This document shows, one piece after another, positions 24,901-35,133 of a DNA stretch of 64,000 bases. The stretch is from NCBI GenBank assembly GCA_963843845.1, contig CAWJMB010000002.1, positions 416,001 through 480,000 of the forward strand, in the 5' to 3' direction. Numbering within the stretch: position 1 is the first letter of the stretch; each line of letters starts with the position of its first letter. The notes beneath the pieces were generated by a model. The model saw only the letters and a program-made list of their open reading frames with translations, was not told the origin of the DNA and did not search any database. Origin of the DNA: an uncultured Gemmatimonadaceae bacterium. Its GTDB lineage: Bacteria > Gemmatimonadota > Gemmatimonadetes > Gemmatimonadales > Gemmatimonadaceae. Position numbers and translations under genes: made by a program.

Positions 24901-25052
24901 CGGTCACGCTGTCGGGGCGCAACCTGAAGCTGTGGAGCGACTACACCGGCGTGGACCCGGAGACCTCCGGCCCCGTCGGCAACACGCAGGACGAATTCCA
25001 GATCACGCCGCCGCTCCAGACGTGGACGCTGCGCTTCAACTTCGGCTTCTGA
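21966..25052 (+). CDS. SusC/RagA-family TonB-dependent transporter
   Basis: Signal peptide; plug motifs IRIRGTSS, DPIVFVDG, LNDINPEDIETIDVIRGPAASATYG...GVIVITTKRG; GNANLKPET; terminal Phe. Confidence 0.95.
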   Translation: MTMSIPRIVRVTATAVLAVALHSARLAAQDRSGLVAGRVIEAGGGGPVPNAQVSIAGTTLGSLTNVEGRFTIRGVPTGNVTVRVARIGYSEATRPVAITAGQTTTVEVALTRVAVNLTTIVTTATGEQRRLEVPNQIAQIDAAKAIESAQVSNVGDLLIGKAAGVQLLPGSGVNAASRIRIRGTSSISLSNDPIVFVDGIRINSSTSGFGTGGAPAGRLNDINPEDIETIDVIRGPAASATYGTDAATGVIVITTKRGRSGAARWTAYTEQGITRDQNNYPDAYTAWGRLANQTNAANNGRAADCNINTIIARTCVVDSITTFNLWDDPRASPLKDGRREQYGLSVSGGTDAVNYFASVEREGTTGTLGMPEFERDRFARQGIALREEWVDPNTFQRFSLRSNIDLKPNQKVVVPIRSYFLSSQQRAPQDGNNTTGLGSHAFGGPGTPYRTLTAGGTDSLYGYRQFTPGDIFQQVSRLDLQRWIGSVSPTWSPTSWLQARGNAGLDFASESYDNTCLRDECPNFGQNRLGFKNTQRSRQFQWTADWSATASFRPISWLSTRTTGGFQFVHRQDDAYSANAAQLPPGGITLSQGSVPSVSEGTTVSKTAGIFVEQNLQLWERLDVVASVRGDNNSAFGRNFGTAYYPRAGLSYRISEESWFPFQDQINQLRLRSSWGQSGIRPGTTSALQFFASNVYRDNSADVPGLIYQTLGNANLKPETVTEAEGGFDLGLFNDRVTTSLTYYNKRSSDAIVNQTLAPSIGTGTTTRAVNIGAIRNSGWEYLVTARPVQFRRFSWDVTVNGSYNSNEVLDLGGQPAGTGTTRNAVGYPINSIWDRPYTYADANGDGMIALSEVKVDSTPRYLGYSTPRSEISVQNGFDVLRDGQLRFTFLVDGKLGGLINNTTERFRCATRLNARERVDPSAPLDRQARCAAFQQAGVLSTNFGFFEPTDYWRLRELAVTYRVPAGLASRLPVVKNGTVTLSGRNLKLWSDYTGVDPETSGPVGNTQDEFQITPPLQTWTLRFNFGF

Positions 25053-25060
25053 GGCACCCC

Positions 25061-26473
25061 ATGCACAAGTGGATTGCCGGCGGGGCGCGCGTCGCGGCAC
25101 TGGCCTGCGGCGCTGCCCTCTCGTCCGGCTGCGATATGGACACGATCGTCCGGGCGACCGATCCGGACATCATCGGCGTGGAGCTCATCAACAGCCCCAC
25201 GGCCGCGAACGCGCTGCGCGTCGGCACGCTCGGCCGGTTCAACGCCAACACGACCGGCGGCGAGACGATGTTCCTGTACGGCGGGCTGTTCGGCGACGAG
25301 TTCACTACGGGCGACACCTTCACGCAGCGGGTCGAGACCGACCAGCGGGCGCTGACCCCGCAGAACGCGAACATCACGACCGCCTACCGCGGCCTGCACC
25401 TGCCGCGCATCGGCGCCATCCAGACGCGCGACGCGCTCACCGAGTACGCGCCGGCGGCCCCGGCGTGGAACTACAGCGAGATGTTCTTCGTCGAGGCGTA
25501 CATGATCAATCTGCTGGCCGAGCATTTCTGCAACGGCCAGCCGATCAGCTACATCAAGGACGGCGTGGAGACGTACGGCGATCCGCAGCCGAACTCGGCG
25601 CACTTCACGCTGGCCCTGGCGAAGGTCGACTCCGGGCTGACGCGCCTGGGAAGCGCCACGGGAACCAACGAGACGCGGGTGCGCAACTCCCTGAACGTGC
25701 TGCGCGCGCGCATCCTGATCAACCAGGGGAACTTCGGCGCGGTGGCGGCCACGGTCGCGAGCGTGCCGACCACCTTCACGTGGAACCAGGAGCACTCGCT
25801 CACGTCGCGTACGCCGGGCGTGTGGTCGTTCGTCAACAACCAGCGGCGCTACATCGTCTCGAACAACGAGGGGCCGCTGCAGATGAACTTCGGCACGGCC
25901 AACGATCCCCGCGTGCCGACGTGCAGCGTGGGACAGCCGGCCTGTGCGGCGCTCGGGCTCACCACGGCGCGCCCGTTCGACAGCGGCAACAGCGCCGTGC
26001 CGAACATGCTGTATCAGCTCATCTGGACCACCGACGCCTCGCCGGTGTCGCTCATCAACGGCCTGCAGGCGCGTCTCTACGAGGCGGAGGCGCTCAACCG
26101 CACCGGCAACTTCGCCGGGGCGCTCGCGATCCTCAACAGCCTGCGCGCCACGCCGCAGGGGTACACGCGGACGATCGCCGCGCTGCCGCCGCTCAGCGAC
26201 CCGGGCACCGACGCCGGGCGCCGCGACCTGATCTTCCGCGAGAAGGGCTTCTGGCTCTTCGGCACCGGCCACCGCTACCCGGACATGCGCCGCATGATGC
26301 GGCAGTACAACATGACCGCGAACCAGGTGTTCCCGAACGGCAACACGTGGCAGATCAACCGCGCGCCGGGCTACGGCAACGACGTCGTGTTCCGCACCCC
26401 CACGGCGGAGACGTTCAACCCGAACGTGCCGCAGAACAACGGCGAGGCGCAGTGCATCGACCTGAATCCGTGA
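25061..26473 (+). CDS. SusD/RagB-family lipoprotein
   Basis: Lipobox LSSGC; LYEAEAL, LNSLR, IFREKGFWLFGTGHRYPDMRR; directly after susC. Confidence 0.9.
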   Translation: MHKWIAGGARVAALACGAALSSGCDMDTIVRATDPDIIGVELINSPTAANALRVGTLGRFNANTTGGETMFLYGGLFGDEFTTGDTFTQRVETDQRALTPQNANITTAYRGLHLPRIGAIQTRDALTEYAPAAPAWNYSEMFFVEAYMINLLAEHFCNGQPISYIKDGVETYGDPQPNSAHFTLALAKVDSGLTRLGSATGTNETRVRNSLNVLRARILINQGNFGAVAATVASVPTTFTWNQEHSLTSRTPGVWSFVNNQRRYIVSNNEGPLQMNFGTANDPRVPTCSVGQPACAALGLTTARPFDSGNSAVPNMLYQLIWTTDASPVSLINGLQARLYEAEALNRTGNFAGALAILNSLRATPQGYTRTIAALPPLSDPGTDAGRRDLIFREKGFWLFGTGHRYPDMRRMMRQYNMTANQVFPNGNTWQINRAPGYGNDVVFRTPTAETFNPNVPQNNGEAQCIDLNP

Positions 26474-26494
26474 GGACCAGGGTCGAATGAAAGA

Positions 26495-26530
26495 CAGCGG
26501 GGGCGGCGCCATTCGGCGCCGCCCCCGCTG
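26495..26530. terminator. Hairpin after susD
   Basis: 16-bp perfect stem CAGCGGGGGCGGCGCC-ATTC-GGCGCCGCCCCCGCTG. Confidence 0.65.
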
Positions 26531-26581
26531 CGTTCCGGCGACGCGCCGCGCGCGCCGCCATCCCTCGCCGTCGGATCGCCG

Positions 26582-27061
26582 TCAGCGCGTCCGCGTCACG
26601 AGGATGATCGCCCCCGCGCCAGACGCCCCGGTCCCGAACCGCTGCGTGGCGTCCCCCGGCGAGACGAGCTCGATCCGCTCGATCTCGTTGACGCGGATGC
26701 GGCGGAGGATCTCGAAATCGCTGAGCTGCGTCCCGTCGACGACGAGCAGGGGGCGGTCCGAGTTCGGGTTGGTCACGCTCGCCTGCCCGCGGCGCTGCCG
26801 GACCGATACCTGGCCGCGGCCGTTCTCGGCGAGGCGATACCCGCCGAGCCGCTCGATCGCGCCGTAGGCGTCGAGCACGTTGAGCGCGGCGAGCTGCTCG
26901 CGCGTGATGACGCGGCTCCCGGTCGCCGTCGGCACGGCCGCCGAGTTGCTGCGCGAGGCGGCGGTGCTCGGCGCGCAGGCGAGCATGAGCGTCAGGGCGG
27001 CGGGCACGGCGACGCGGAGCGACGCGACCCCATCGAGCGCGCGGAGGTGGTGGCGGGGCAT
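26582..27061 (-). CDS. Lipoprotein with a stand-alone TonB-receptor plug-like domain
   Basis: LMLAC lipobox; VITREQL, PLLVVDG, IERIELVSPGDATQRFG...GAIILVTR; no barrel. Confidence 0.8.
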   Translation of the reverse strand: MPRHHLRALDGVASLRVAVPAALTLMLACAPSTAASRSNSAAVPTATGSRVITREQLAALNVLDAYGAIERLGGYRLAENGRGQVSVRQRRGQASVTNPNSDRPLLVVDGTQLSDFEILRRIRVNEIERIELVSPGDATQRFGTGASGAGAIILVTRTR

Positions 27062-27167
27062 GGCACGTGGACTGGAGCGTGTCCCGGCGGGCGATCGTAC
27101 TGCCCTCTGCGCCGAGTCCTGCAACGTATCGGTGCCACAATGTACGTGCGGCGGTGAGCCGCGCGCG

Positions 27168-27704
27168 TCAGCGACGGTCGTAGACGACGACGGTCGTGAG
27201 CGGCGCGCGCGACACCGGGTCGACGGTGACGACGACGAGCGACCGGCCGTCGTTCGAGCGATACGCGCGGTACCCGAACACCGCCGCGCCGCGCGCCGAG
27301 AACGTCGCGTCGACGATGCCGTCGCCGACCGTGTCCATGCGCACCGCGTCGACCCCCGGCACCCCCGCGACCGGCGCCGTCTCACGACCGGGCGCGAGGG
27401 TGAACGTGCCGACCACGTGGCCCCCGTTCGCCCGCTCGCCGTCGATCGTACAGGCGAGTCGGTCGCGACTCGGCGCGCAGACGAACCGCTCGCGACGGCG
27501 GCGGTCGACGCCGGGACCGTAGTGCGTGCGCGCGAGGTTCAGGCGCCAGTCGCCGGCGAGAACGGCCGCGACGCGCGCCACGGCCGACGCCGAGTTCGCC
27601 GCCTGCGCCGCCTGCGCCGCGTGCGGCGCCTGCGCGTGTGCCGCCGCGGTGCCGCACGTCGCGAGCAGCGCGAGGCGCGGCAGCAGCGTCGACAGGCGCG
27701 TCAT
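27168..27704 (-). CDS. Secreted hypothetical protein (lipocalin-like start LAGDWRLN)
   Basis: Signal peptide; GxW motif; C-terminal VVVYDRR. Confidence 0.7.
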   Translation of the reverse strand: MTRLSTLLPRLALLATCGTAAAHAQAPHAAQAAQAANSASAVARVAAVLAGDWRLNLARTHYGPGVDRRRRERFVCAPSRDRLACTIDGERANGGHVVGTFTLAPGRETAPVAGVPGVDAVRMDTVGDGIVDATFSARGAAVFGYRAYRSNDGRSLVVVTVDPVSRAPLTTVVVYDRR

Positions 27705-27862
27705 GTCTCGTAGTGGTGCGCGATGCGGCGCCCCACGTACACGCCGACCGCCGTCCCGACGACGCTGACGACGAACGCCGCGAACGTCCCGCCGAGCGCG
27801 CCGAGCGCCCAGCCGCCGTAGCCGCCCAACGTCGCGCCGAGGAACGCGAGCAGCTTGCTCAC
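27701..27862 (-). CDS. 53-aa glycine-rich membrane microprotein (absent from the ORF track)
   Basis: GTG start; MSKLLAFLGATLGGYGGWALGALGGTFAAFVVSVVGTAVGVYVGRRIAHHYET*; stop overlaps the next ATG (ATGA). Confidence 0.75.
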   Translation of the reverse strand: MSKLLAFLGATLGGYGGWALGALGGTFAAFVVSVVGTAVGVYVGRRIAHHYET

Positions 27863-27878
27863 GGCGCGCCGACCACGT

Positions 27879-28649
27879 TCAACGGTCCGTCAACACGAAC
27901 GCCCGCGCCGGCCCCCCGCCGACGCTGTTGTCCGCGACGACGATCGTGCGCCCCGTGCCGCCGGCGAGCGCGACGCCGCTCAGCGTCACGCTCACCGCCC
28001 CTCCGCGCGCGGCCGCCGGCGTGCCCGCCGGCACGAGTCGGAGTTGGTAGGTCCCCGGCGCGACGCTGAGGTACGCCGAGGCGCTGCCGTTCGGCACCGT
28101 CGCCGAGGGCGTCGCGGTCGCGAGGTCCGCACCGGCCACGGTGAGGAACGCGTCGACCGAGCCCGCGGCGGGGCTCAGGTTCACGATCCGCACGCGCGTC
28201 ACGTTCGCCGCTGCCGCCGAGTTGTCGTCGGTCGTGAGGAACGAGCCGACGGCGCTGCCGGCGGCGCCGCCGGTCGCGTACACCGTGCGATCCTGCGCAT
28301 CGCCGATCGTGAACGCGATCGTCGCGACGACGGTGTTCGTGTCGGCGGTGCGCTTGAGGACGAGCGTGCGGTTGCCGGTGAGGATCGACGCGTACGGCGC
28401 GGTCGACGGCGCGGCGAGCGAGGCCGGCGTCGTGCTGGTGTACGCGAGGTTGACGCCGAACGGCACGCCCTCGAGGATCGCGTTCACGGGCACACGCGTC
28501 GCGTCCGTGATGAGGTTCACGAAGCGCACGCGCCCCACGGGCCCGGACGGCGAGAGCGGACCCGGCGCGTCCTCCGTGCCGCACGCGGCGGCGATGCACA
28601 GAGCGGCGAGCGCCACGCAGCGAGCGCGCACCGATGATGAGAGAGTCAT
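27879..28649 (-). CDS. DUF4397-like lipoprotein
   Basis: AAAC lipobox; two repeats starting VRFVNL and VRIVNLSPAAGSVD; YLSVAPGTY. Confidence 0.8.
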   Translation of the reverse strand: MTLSSSVRARCVALAALCIAAACGTEDAPGPLSPSGPVGRVRFVNLITDATRVPVNAILEGVPFGVNLAYTSTTPASLAAPSTAPYASILTGNRTLVLKRTADTNTVVATIAFTIGDAQDRTVYATGGAAGSAVGSFLTTDDNSAAAANVTRVRIVNLSPAAGSVDAFLTVAGADLATATPSATVPNGSASAYLSVAPGTYQLRLVPAGTPAAARGGAVSVTLSGVALAGGTGRTIVVADNSVGGGPARAFVLTDR

Positions 28650-28714
28650 GGCAGGAGAGTGCTGAGGAAGGTCAAGAGAATGCGCTGCCCATCGTCCGAT
28701 GATCCCCCTGCGCT

Positions 28715-30103
28715 TCACGTCGTCGGACACCCGGCCGGAAACGTCGCCGGCTCGGTGGGATCGGGGAGCACCGCGGTCGTCGCGTTCGGGTTCGCGTTGC
28801 GGTCGCCGAACGCGTACGGCAGCCAGCACCGCTGCGCGTCGGTCGGCACGGCGGGCGCCGCGACGGGGCCGCGGACCGTGCCGCGCCGGCGCGCGTCCTC
28901 CCAGCGCAGCCCCGTGCCGAACAGCTCGTAGCGCCGCTGCATGTAGATCTCGGTCGCGCAGCTGGGCCTGCGTGAGCTGGGTGCCCAAGCGCCGGCAGAC
29001 ACGCCTTCGGGTCGTCGAGCCCGCGCCCGCCGGTGCAGTCGGTGCGCACCGAGTCGAGCACCGCCTGCGCCGCCGCGAGCTGGTTGCCGTTCGCGAGGGC
29101 CTCGGCCTTGATGAGCAGCGCCTCGTCGGGGAAGTAGACGGGGAGCGGCGCCTGCGGATTCGCGTAGCGGTTGAACGGGTCGAGCGCGGCGCCGATGCGC
29201 CCCGTCAGCGTCGTCGACGGCGTCACGAAGTAGGCGAACCGCTGGTCCTGCGGCAGCATCGAGAGGCGGTACTGCCGGCGCGGCGCGATTCCCTGCGTGC
29301 CGCCGGTGACGTTCGCGTACGGGTTCACCGCCGGCGCCGGGAACGTCAGCACCGAGAGCGCCGCCGTCCCGGTGCGCGCCACGAGGTTCGACGCGGCGAG
29401 CGCCGTCGCGTCGTCGTTCGCGATGCGCGCGTAGCGCGCGCGGAACAGCTGGATGACGTTCGGCAGATTGACGCCGGGCGTCAGGATGTTGTCGTTGAAG
29501 AACGTGCTCGGCGGGGTCGTCGCGAGCTCCGCCGCCGCCGAGTCGAGCAGCGCACGGACGTACGGCAGCGACTGCGAGCGCGGCACGTACACGGGCGCCG
29601 TGACGCCGTACGTCGCGATCGGGATGCGCTGGTAGGACTGGAGCGCCTCGCCCAACGCTTCCGCCTTGAGCGCGTAGGCGAGCGCACGCAGCCCACTCCG
29701 CGTGCCCGGTCGATCTGCGACGAGAGCGCGTTGGCGCCCGTGAGCAGGTCGTCGGCCGTGCGCACGGTGCGGTAGACCGAGTTGAAGACGTTGTCGGCGA
29801 TCGCCGTGCCCGGCGCGACGGCGCCCTGCTCGGCGTCGCTGATCGAGATGAGGGCGGCGCTCGTCGCCGCGAACTCGTCGGTCACGAGACCGGCCATGTA
29901 GCCGAAGTTGCCGTACGACACGGCGAAGCGGCCCTGCAACCCCGTCGCGAGCGCGATCACGCCGTCGGGGCTCGTCGTGACCTGTGCTTCGGTCGGCGAG
30001 TTCGGGTTCTGCAGGTCGAGCGATGCAGGCGCTCAACGCGATCGTGCCGAACGCGATGGCGCGCGTACGCGAGTGCGGCGCGGGGCAGTGGGGTGGTCCG
30101 CAT
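28715..30103 (-). CDS. SusD/RagB-family lipoprotein (frameshifted)
   Basis: LSAC lipobox; EALLIKAEALA; IYMQRRYELFGTGLRWEDARR. Confidence 0.85.
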
Positions 30104-30115
30104 GGTCGTCACCGC

Positions 30116-33100
30116 TCAGTATGTGAAACGCGCACTGACCGACCAGACGCGCGGAATGGGGTAGCCGCCGAAGTCGAAGCCGCGGTCCGCGGCCGTCGTC
30201 TGCACGGAGCCGAGCCCGCCGGCGTTCGTGCCGAACAGGTTGATCTCGGGGTCGTAGCCGCTGTAGTCGGTCCACACGACGAGGTTGCGGCCGGAGACGG
30301 TGACGTCGATCCCCTCGCGGAAGATGCGGCGCACCGGCGTCGTGTCGAACGTGTAGGTCGCCGACAGCTCGCGCAGCTTCACGAACGTGCCGTCCTCGAC
30401 CCAGTACTCGAAGATCCCCTGGGTGCGCGCGTTGAAGCCGGGCGGCAGCTTGCGCGGGTCGCCGTACGGCAGCAGCTCGCGCTCGTACTCCTTCGAGTTG
30501 CTCGCGATGCCGGCGTTCTGCGCGCGCGTCGACAGATTCATGATGTCGTTGCCGAACACGCCGTCGAGCAGCCCGCGCAGGCGAAGCTTCTTGCCGATCG
30601 TGAACTCGTTGAGCAGCGACCCCATGAACTTCGGGTTCGGGTCGCCGATGACCGCGTTCAGCGAATCGTTGCAGCGTGCCGCCGCTGATCGCCCGCCGCT
30701 GGGCGAGCGTGGCGCCCAGGTCGACCGTCTGGTTGCTGCGGCGGTACCGGCCCAGCGAGTCGAGGAGCAGCGCGCCCGTGCTGCAGTCGCGCGCGGCGTA
30801 CGAGCCGTAGAACACGCCGGCCGGCTCGCCGGCGCGGATGCGGTTCGGGTAGCCGCCGGCGCTACTGGAAGTCCTGGATCGTGAGGCTCTCGACGCGGTT
30901 GCGGTTCGTCGTGTAGGTGGCCGTCGACGTCCAGCCGAGCTTCGGCAGGTCGAGGTTCGTCGTGCGCAGCGCACCTCGACGCCCTTGTTGGACATCGTGC
31001 CGATCGGGAAGAACTGGCGCGAGAAGCCGGTGCTCGTCGGCAGCGGGCGGAAGAAGAGCAGGTCCGACACGAGCCGGTCGTAGTACCGTGGCCTCGACGC
31101 CGACGCGCCCGCCGAGCACGCCGGCCTCGACGCCGACCTCGATCTCGCGCGCGCGCTCGTTGCGCAGGTCCGGGTTGCCGAACGTGATGTCGTTCGCGAA
31201 GCCCGGGCGCCCGGCGAACGGCGACTGCGCGTAGGAGATGTACTGCGAGTACGCGTTCGTGAGCCCCGGCTGCGACGCCGGCCCAGCCGAGCGCGCCGCG
31301 CAGCCGCAGGTTGTTCAGCAGCCCCGGCCGCGTCGTCGACGACGACGTACGACGCCGAGAACTTCGGGAACGCCTGCCACCGCTCGGAGGGCGCGAACGT
31401 CGACGACGCGTCGTACCGCACGGCCGCCGTCAGGAACAGCCGGTCGCTGAACGCGAGCTCCTGCTGCCCGTAGAAGCCGAGCGTGCGCAGCTCGACGTCG
31501 CGTCTGCGCCGGCGGTGAACACGGAGCCGGCGCCGACGAGCTCGCCCACGGGCGCGAGGCCGTTCGCCGTCGCGTTCGTGAGGTGCACGCGCTGCGACGT
31601 GTAGTTGAACCCGCCGGTCGTGCGCAGCTCGAACGGGCCGAGTGGCGTCCACGTGTAGGTCGCGACGCCGTCCTGGTTGACGACGCGCGTGCTGCTGCAC
31701 GACCGACTGCGACGCGCCCCGTGGCGAGCGGCGCGGTGCCTAGCACGGCGTTCCGCGGCACGAACTGCCGCTGCTCGAAGCCCGTGTTGTCGAGGCCGAC
31801 CGTGTAGTCGAGACAGGAGCTGCGACGTCGGCGTCCAGGTGAGCTTCGTCGAGCCGATGAAACGGTCGATCGACTGCGGGTTGCGGATGCGGTCGATGGC
31901 GAGCAGCGGGTTCGTGCCTAGCGACGGCGGCAGCGGGTAGATGCCGTTGACGGGGCGGAAGTCGACGTTCGTCGGCGCGAAGAACAGCGAGCCCATGATG
32001 CCGTAGTCGTTCTGCTCGCCGAACGCCTGGAACTGGTTGCGCGTCGTGACGTAGTTGGTCGTCACGTTCGCGAGCAGCGTCGGCGCGAGCTGCTGCTGCA
32101 GGTTCACGCGCCCGCCCGCGCGCCGCGACGACGTCGAGCGGAGGATGCCGTCCTCGTTCAGCGTAGTTGCCGCTGACGTAGTAGCGCGTCGCGTCGCTGC
32201 CGCCCTCGACGGTGAGGTTCTGCTCCGTGCCCGGCGCGCGCCGGAAGATGTCGTTCTGGTAGTTGAAGCGCGGCGTCGGCAGGCCGGCCGCGTCGAACGG
32301 GTAGAAGTTGAACGGCTGCTGCTCGCGCAGCTCGCTCGACGAGTAGCGGCTCGAGCAGCGTGAAGCGCGGCCGGCCGATCGTGCCGCGCTTCGTGAAGAT
32401 CTGCACGACGCCGTTGTTGGCGCGCGATCCGTAGAGCGCCGCCGCCGCCGCGCCGCGAATGACCTCGACGCGCTCGATGTCGGCCGGGTTGATGTCGGCG
32501 AGCCGGTTCTGCGGATTCGAGCGCCCGCCGAGGTCGGCGAGCTGCGCCGAGCCGTTGTCGACGATGACGCCGTCGACGATGTAGAGCGGGTCGGAGCCGG
32601 AGATGAACGAGTTCGTGCCGCGGAGGCGCACCGAGATGCCGCCGCCGCCCGGGCCGCCCGAGTTCTGCGTGATCTGCGCGCCCGGCAGCTTTCCCTGCAG
32701 CGCCTGGTCGACCGTGACCGCCTGCGCTCGGCTGATGACGGCCGAGTCGACCGAGGCGACGCTCGTCCCGAGCTTGCGGCGCTCGGTCGGTGTCGCCCGA
32801 TCCGGTGACGACGACCTCGCTCAGGTTGAGCGCGCTGACCTCGAGGCGCAGCTCGACGGTCGCCGTCCCCCCGCGCTCACCGTGACGGCCTGCGACGCGG
32901 GTTGGAAGCCGATGCGCCGCGCCGCGAGGGTGCGCGCGCCGGCGGGAACGGCCGTGATCGTGAAGGTGCCGTCCGAGCCCGTCGCGGCACCGAGCCGGGT
33001 GCCGGTCACGACGACCTGCACGGCCTCGAGCGCGCGTCCGGACGCCGCGTCGGTCACGCGTCCGCGGACGGTGCCGGTCGTGGATTGGGCGAGCAGCGCA

Positions 33101-33168
33101 GGGGCGAACGCGAGCAGCGTGGTCGCGACGGCGCAGACGGCGCTGCGTCGAACCGGGAGGGGAGACAT
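30116..33168 (-). CDS. SusC/RagA-family TonB-dependent transporter (multiple frameshifts)
   Basis: GTVRGRVTD; RLRGTNS...DPLYIVDG; LADINPADIERVEVIRGAAAAALYGSRANNGVVQIFTKRG; VEDGTFVKLREL; YSGYDPE. Confidence 0.92.
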
Positions 33169-33307
33169 CAGTGTGGCCTCGAGGTGCGGTGAGGCCGTAA
33201 CCATAGCCCGCGACCGGGGGGCTTAGCCAGCGCGGAGCCGCGCGTGGGGCGACGCGTGGGGAGCGCGGTCGCTCACGTCAGGCGCCCGTCGGAATGGTCC
33301 CCGACAT

Positions 33308-34003
33308 TCACGCCTCCGCCACGAACACGACCGAGGCCGGCCGCCCCGTTCTCGGATGAACCGGCTCACGCAGCTCGCGCAGTCGGAACCCGCTCTCGTC
33401 GAACAGCCGCACCCAGCGCTCGATCGTGCGGAAGTACCACGGCGCCGGGTCGCTGAAGGCGTCGCCGAAGCCGGTCCACGAGCCGGGGCGCCAGCCGTCC
33501 TCGTAGGGCGCGTCGCCGGTCGCGATCACGGGGTGCAGCGTCTGCACGACGAGCGCGCCGCCCGGGCGCAGGAGCGCGGGGGTGCGGTGGACGAGGGCGT
33601 CGACCGCCTCGTGCCCGATGAGCGCGAAGTTCGCGACGACGACGTCGACGCCGATGACGTCGGGAGGCAGCTCGCGCAGCGGCGCCGTCGCGAGCGTCTC
33701 GTACGACGCGACGTGGAACGCGCCGCCGCCTACCGTTCGTGCCCGGTCGATCAGCGCCGGGATCGCGTCGACGCCGACCGCGCGGACGCCGGCGGTGCCT
33801 AACGCGCGCACGAGCCACCCCTCGCCGCAGCCGACGTCGACGACCGACCGTGGGGCGCGGGCGAGCACGGCGTCCAGCACGGCGCGGTCGGTGACGAGGC
33901 GGCGGCTCTCGATCTCCTGATTGCGCACCGCATCGGTCCATGGCGCGGCGTTCGTGTGCCACGAGTCGAGGACCTTCGCGTCACTCAGCGGGTCGATCGA
34001 CAT
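33308..34003 (-). CDS. Class I SAM-dependent methyltransferase
   Basis: VVDVGCGEG motif I; LLRPGG. Confidence 0.9.
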   Translation of the reverse strand: MSIDPLSDAKVLDSWHTNAAPWTDAVRNQEIESRRLVTDRAVLDAVLARAPRSVVDVGCGEGWLVRALGTAGVRAVGVDAIPALIDRARTVGGGAFHVASYETLATAPLRELPPDVIGVDVVVANFALIGHEAVDALVHRTPALLRPGGALVVQTLHPVIATGDAPYEDGWRPGSWTGFGDAFSDPAPWYFRTIERWVRLFDESGFRLRELREPVHPRTGRPASVVFVAEA

Positions 34004-34316
34004 CGGCGAGACTCGCGTACCAGGGGGCGTACGGGGTGGTGCGTGCCATGCGCCGATTGTAGTCGGGCGCGCCGTCCGTCCACCAGACCGGGCCGCGCTC
34101 GCCGAGCGCCACCTTCGCCACGTCGACCGCCGCGCCGGCCGCCGCGAGCGCCTGCGCGTCGTCCGACCGCCGCGCGACGCCGACCGCCCGACGAGCGCGC
34201 ATCAACTCCCGGGTGAGCCGCGCGCGCTCGTCGGGCGCGAGCGCCGGATCCGCGCACCGCCACAGCCGGCCGCGCACGACGAAGTAGCGGCCGTCCGGCG
34301 TCACGGGGTAGCGCAC
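33981..34316 (-). CDS. Small conserved-looking hypothetical protein (start approximate)
   Basis: YPVTPDGRYFVVRGRLWR...AKVALGERGPVWWTDGAPDYNRRM. Confidence 0.7.
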   Translation of the reverse strand: MRYPVTPDGRYFVVRGRLWRCADPALAPDERARLTRELMRARRAVGVARRSDDAQALAAAGAAVDVAKVALGERGPVWWTDGAPDYNRRMARTTPYAPWYASLADVDRPAE

Positions 34317-34366
34317 GCGGACGGCCGCGCGTCGGGCGCCGGCGGCCGTCGCGCGCGCCGCCCCGC

Positions 34367-34945
34367 TCAGTGCACCATGAACGTGGCGGACGCCCTGTAC
34401 GTGTCCCACGCGATCGTGAGCACGCCGCTGCCGGCCGTCGTCGGCGCGACCGCGATCGTGAGCGTCTCGACGACCGGGTTGTTCGACGTCACCGTGAGCG
34501 GCACGCGGACGAGATCCTGCTTCGCGTCGTAGGCCGTGCCCCACTGCTTCGTCTGCCGGTTGATGACGAGCTCCCACTTGCCGGTCTCGACGAGGTGCGT
34601 GAACAGGGTGTACGTGCCGGCCGGCACCATCGCGTTGCCGAACATGAGCGGCTTCGTGGTGGTGAAGTGCGTCGCCTCGTTCGCGCCGGTGCGCCACACC
34701 ATCCCCCACTTCATGTCGGAGAGGCCGTTGAACAGGACGCGTCCACGCTTGGACGGGCGGCCGTAGTTCACCGTGATCGTCGCGCCGGCCACGTTCGCGG
34801 TGAGCGAGTCGCGCGGCGAGCCGGCCGGCTGCGCGGAGCGAACGGCGGCGGTGGGGGAGGCCGCGGGCGCGGCGTCGTGCATCTGGGCGCCGGCCGGAAG
34901 GGCGACGGCGAGCAGCGTCAGGGCGGAGAAGAGGCGGGTCGTCAT
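34367..34945 (-). CDS. DUF2911-family secreted protein
   Basis: Signal peptide; ITVNYGRPSKRGR, VWRTGANEAT, VPAGTYTLF. Confidence 0.9.
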   Translation of the reverse strand: MTTRLFSALTLLAVALPAGAQMHDAAPAASPTAAVRSAQPAGSPRDSLTANVAGATITVNYGRPSKRGRVLFNGLSDMKWGMVWRTGANEATHFTTTKPLMFGNAMVPAGTYTLFTHLVETGKWELVINRQTKQWGTAYDAKQDLVRVPLTVTSNNPVVETLTIAVAPTTAGSGVLTIAWDTYRASATFMVH

Positions 34946-35133
34946 GGGGTGGATGGAGAGTGAGCGGTGTTGGACCCCGAACGCCCGTCGGAGTTCGCGC
35001 CGGGTGGATGCGGGGTCAGGCCCGCGGGCTCGGCGGCGACGCCCCGGTCGCTGGCGTCGCGCGCGGGGCGCCTCGGTGTCGTCGCCGCGGCCCACTGGAC
35101 GAACGTCGGCACGAGTGCGTGACGCACTGATCG

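Noticed and set aside
21678..25100. 1462-aa minus-strand ORF
   Set aside because: Antisense shadow of susC; only 20712-21677 looks like a real gene. The other long Arg/Ala-rich ORFs are likewise high-GC artefacts.
27118..27140. Sigma-54 promoter TGGCAC...TTGCA on the minus strand
   Set aside because: GG-to-GC spacing is 12 nt rather than 10; the similar site near 58928 lacks the GC.
34975..35110. A further attC (CCCGAAC start)
   Set aside because: No matching L boxes or complementary arm.
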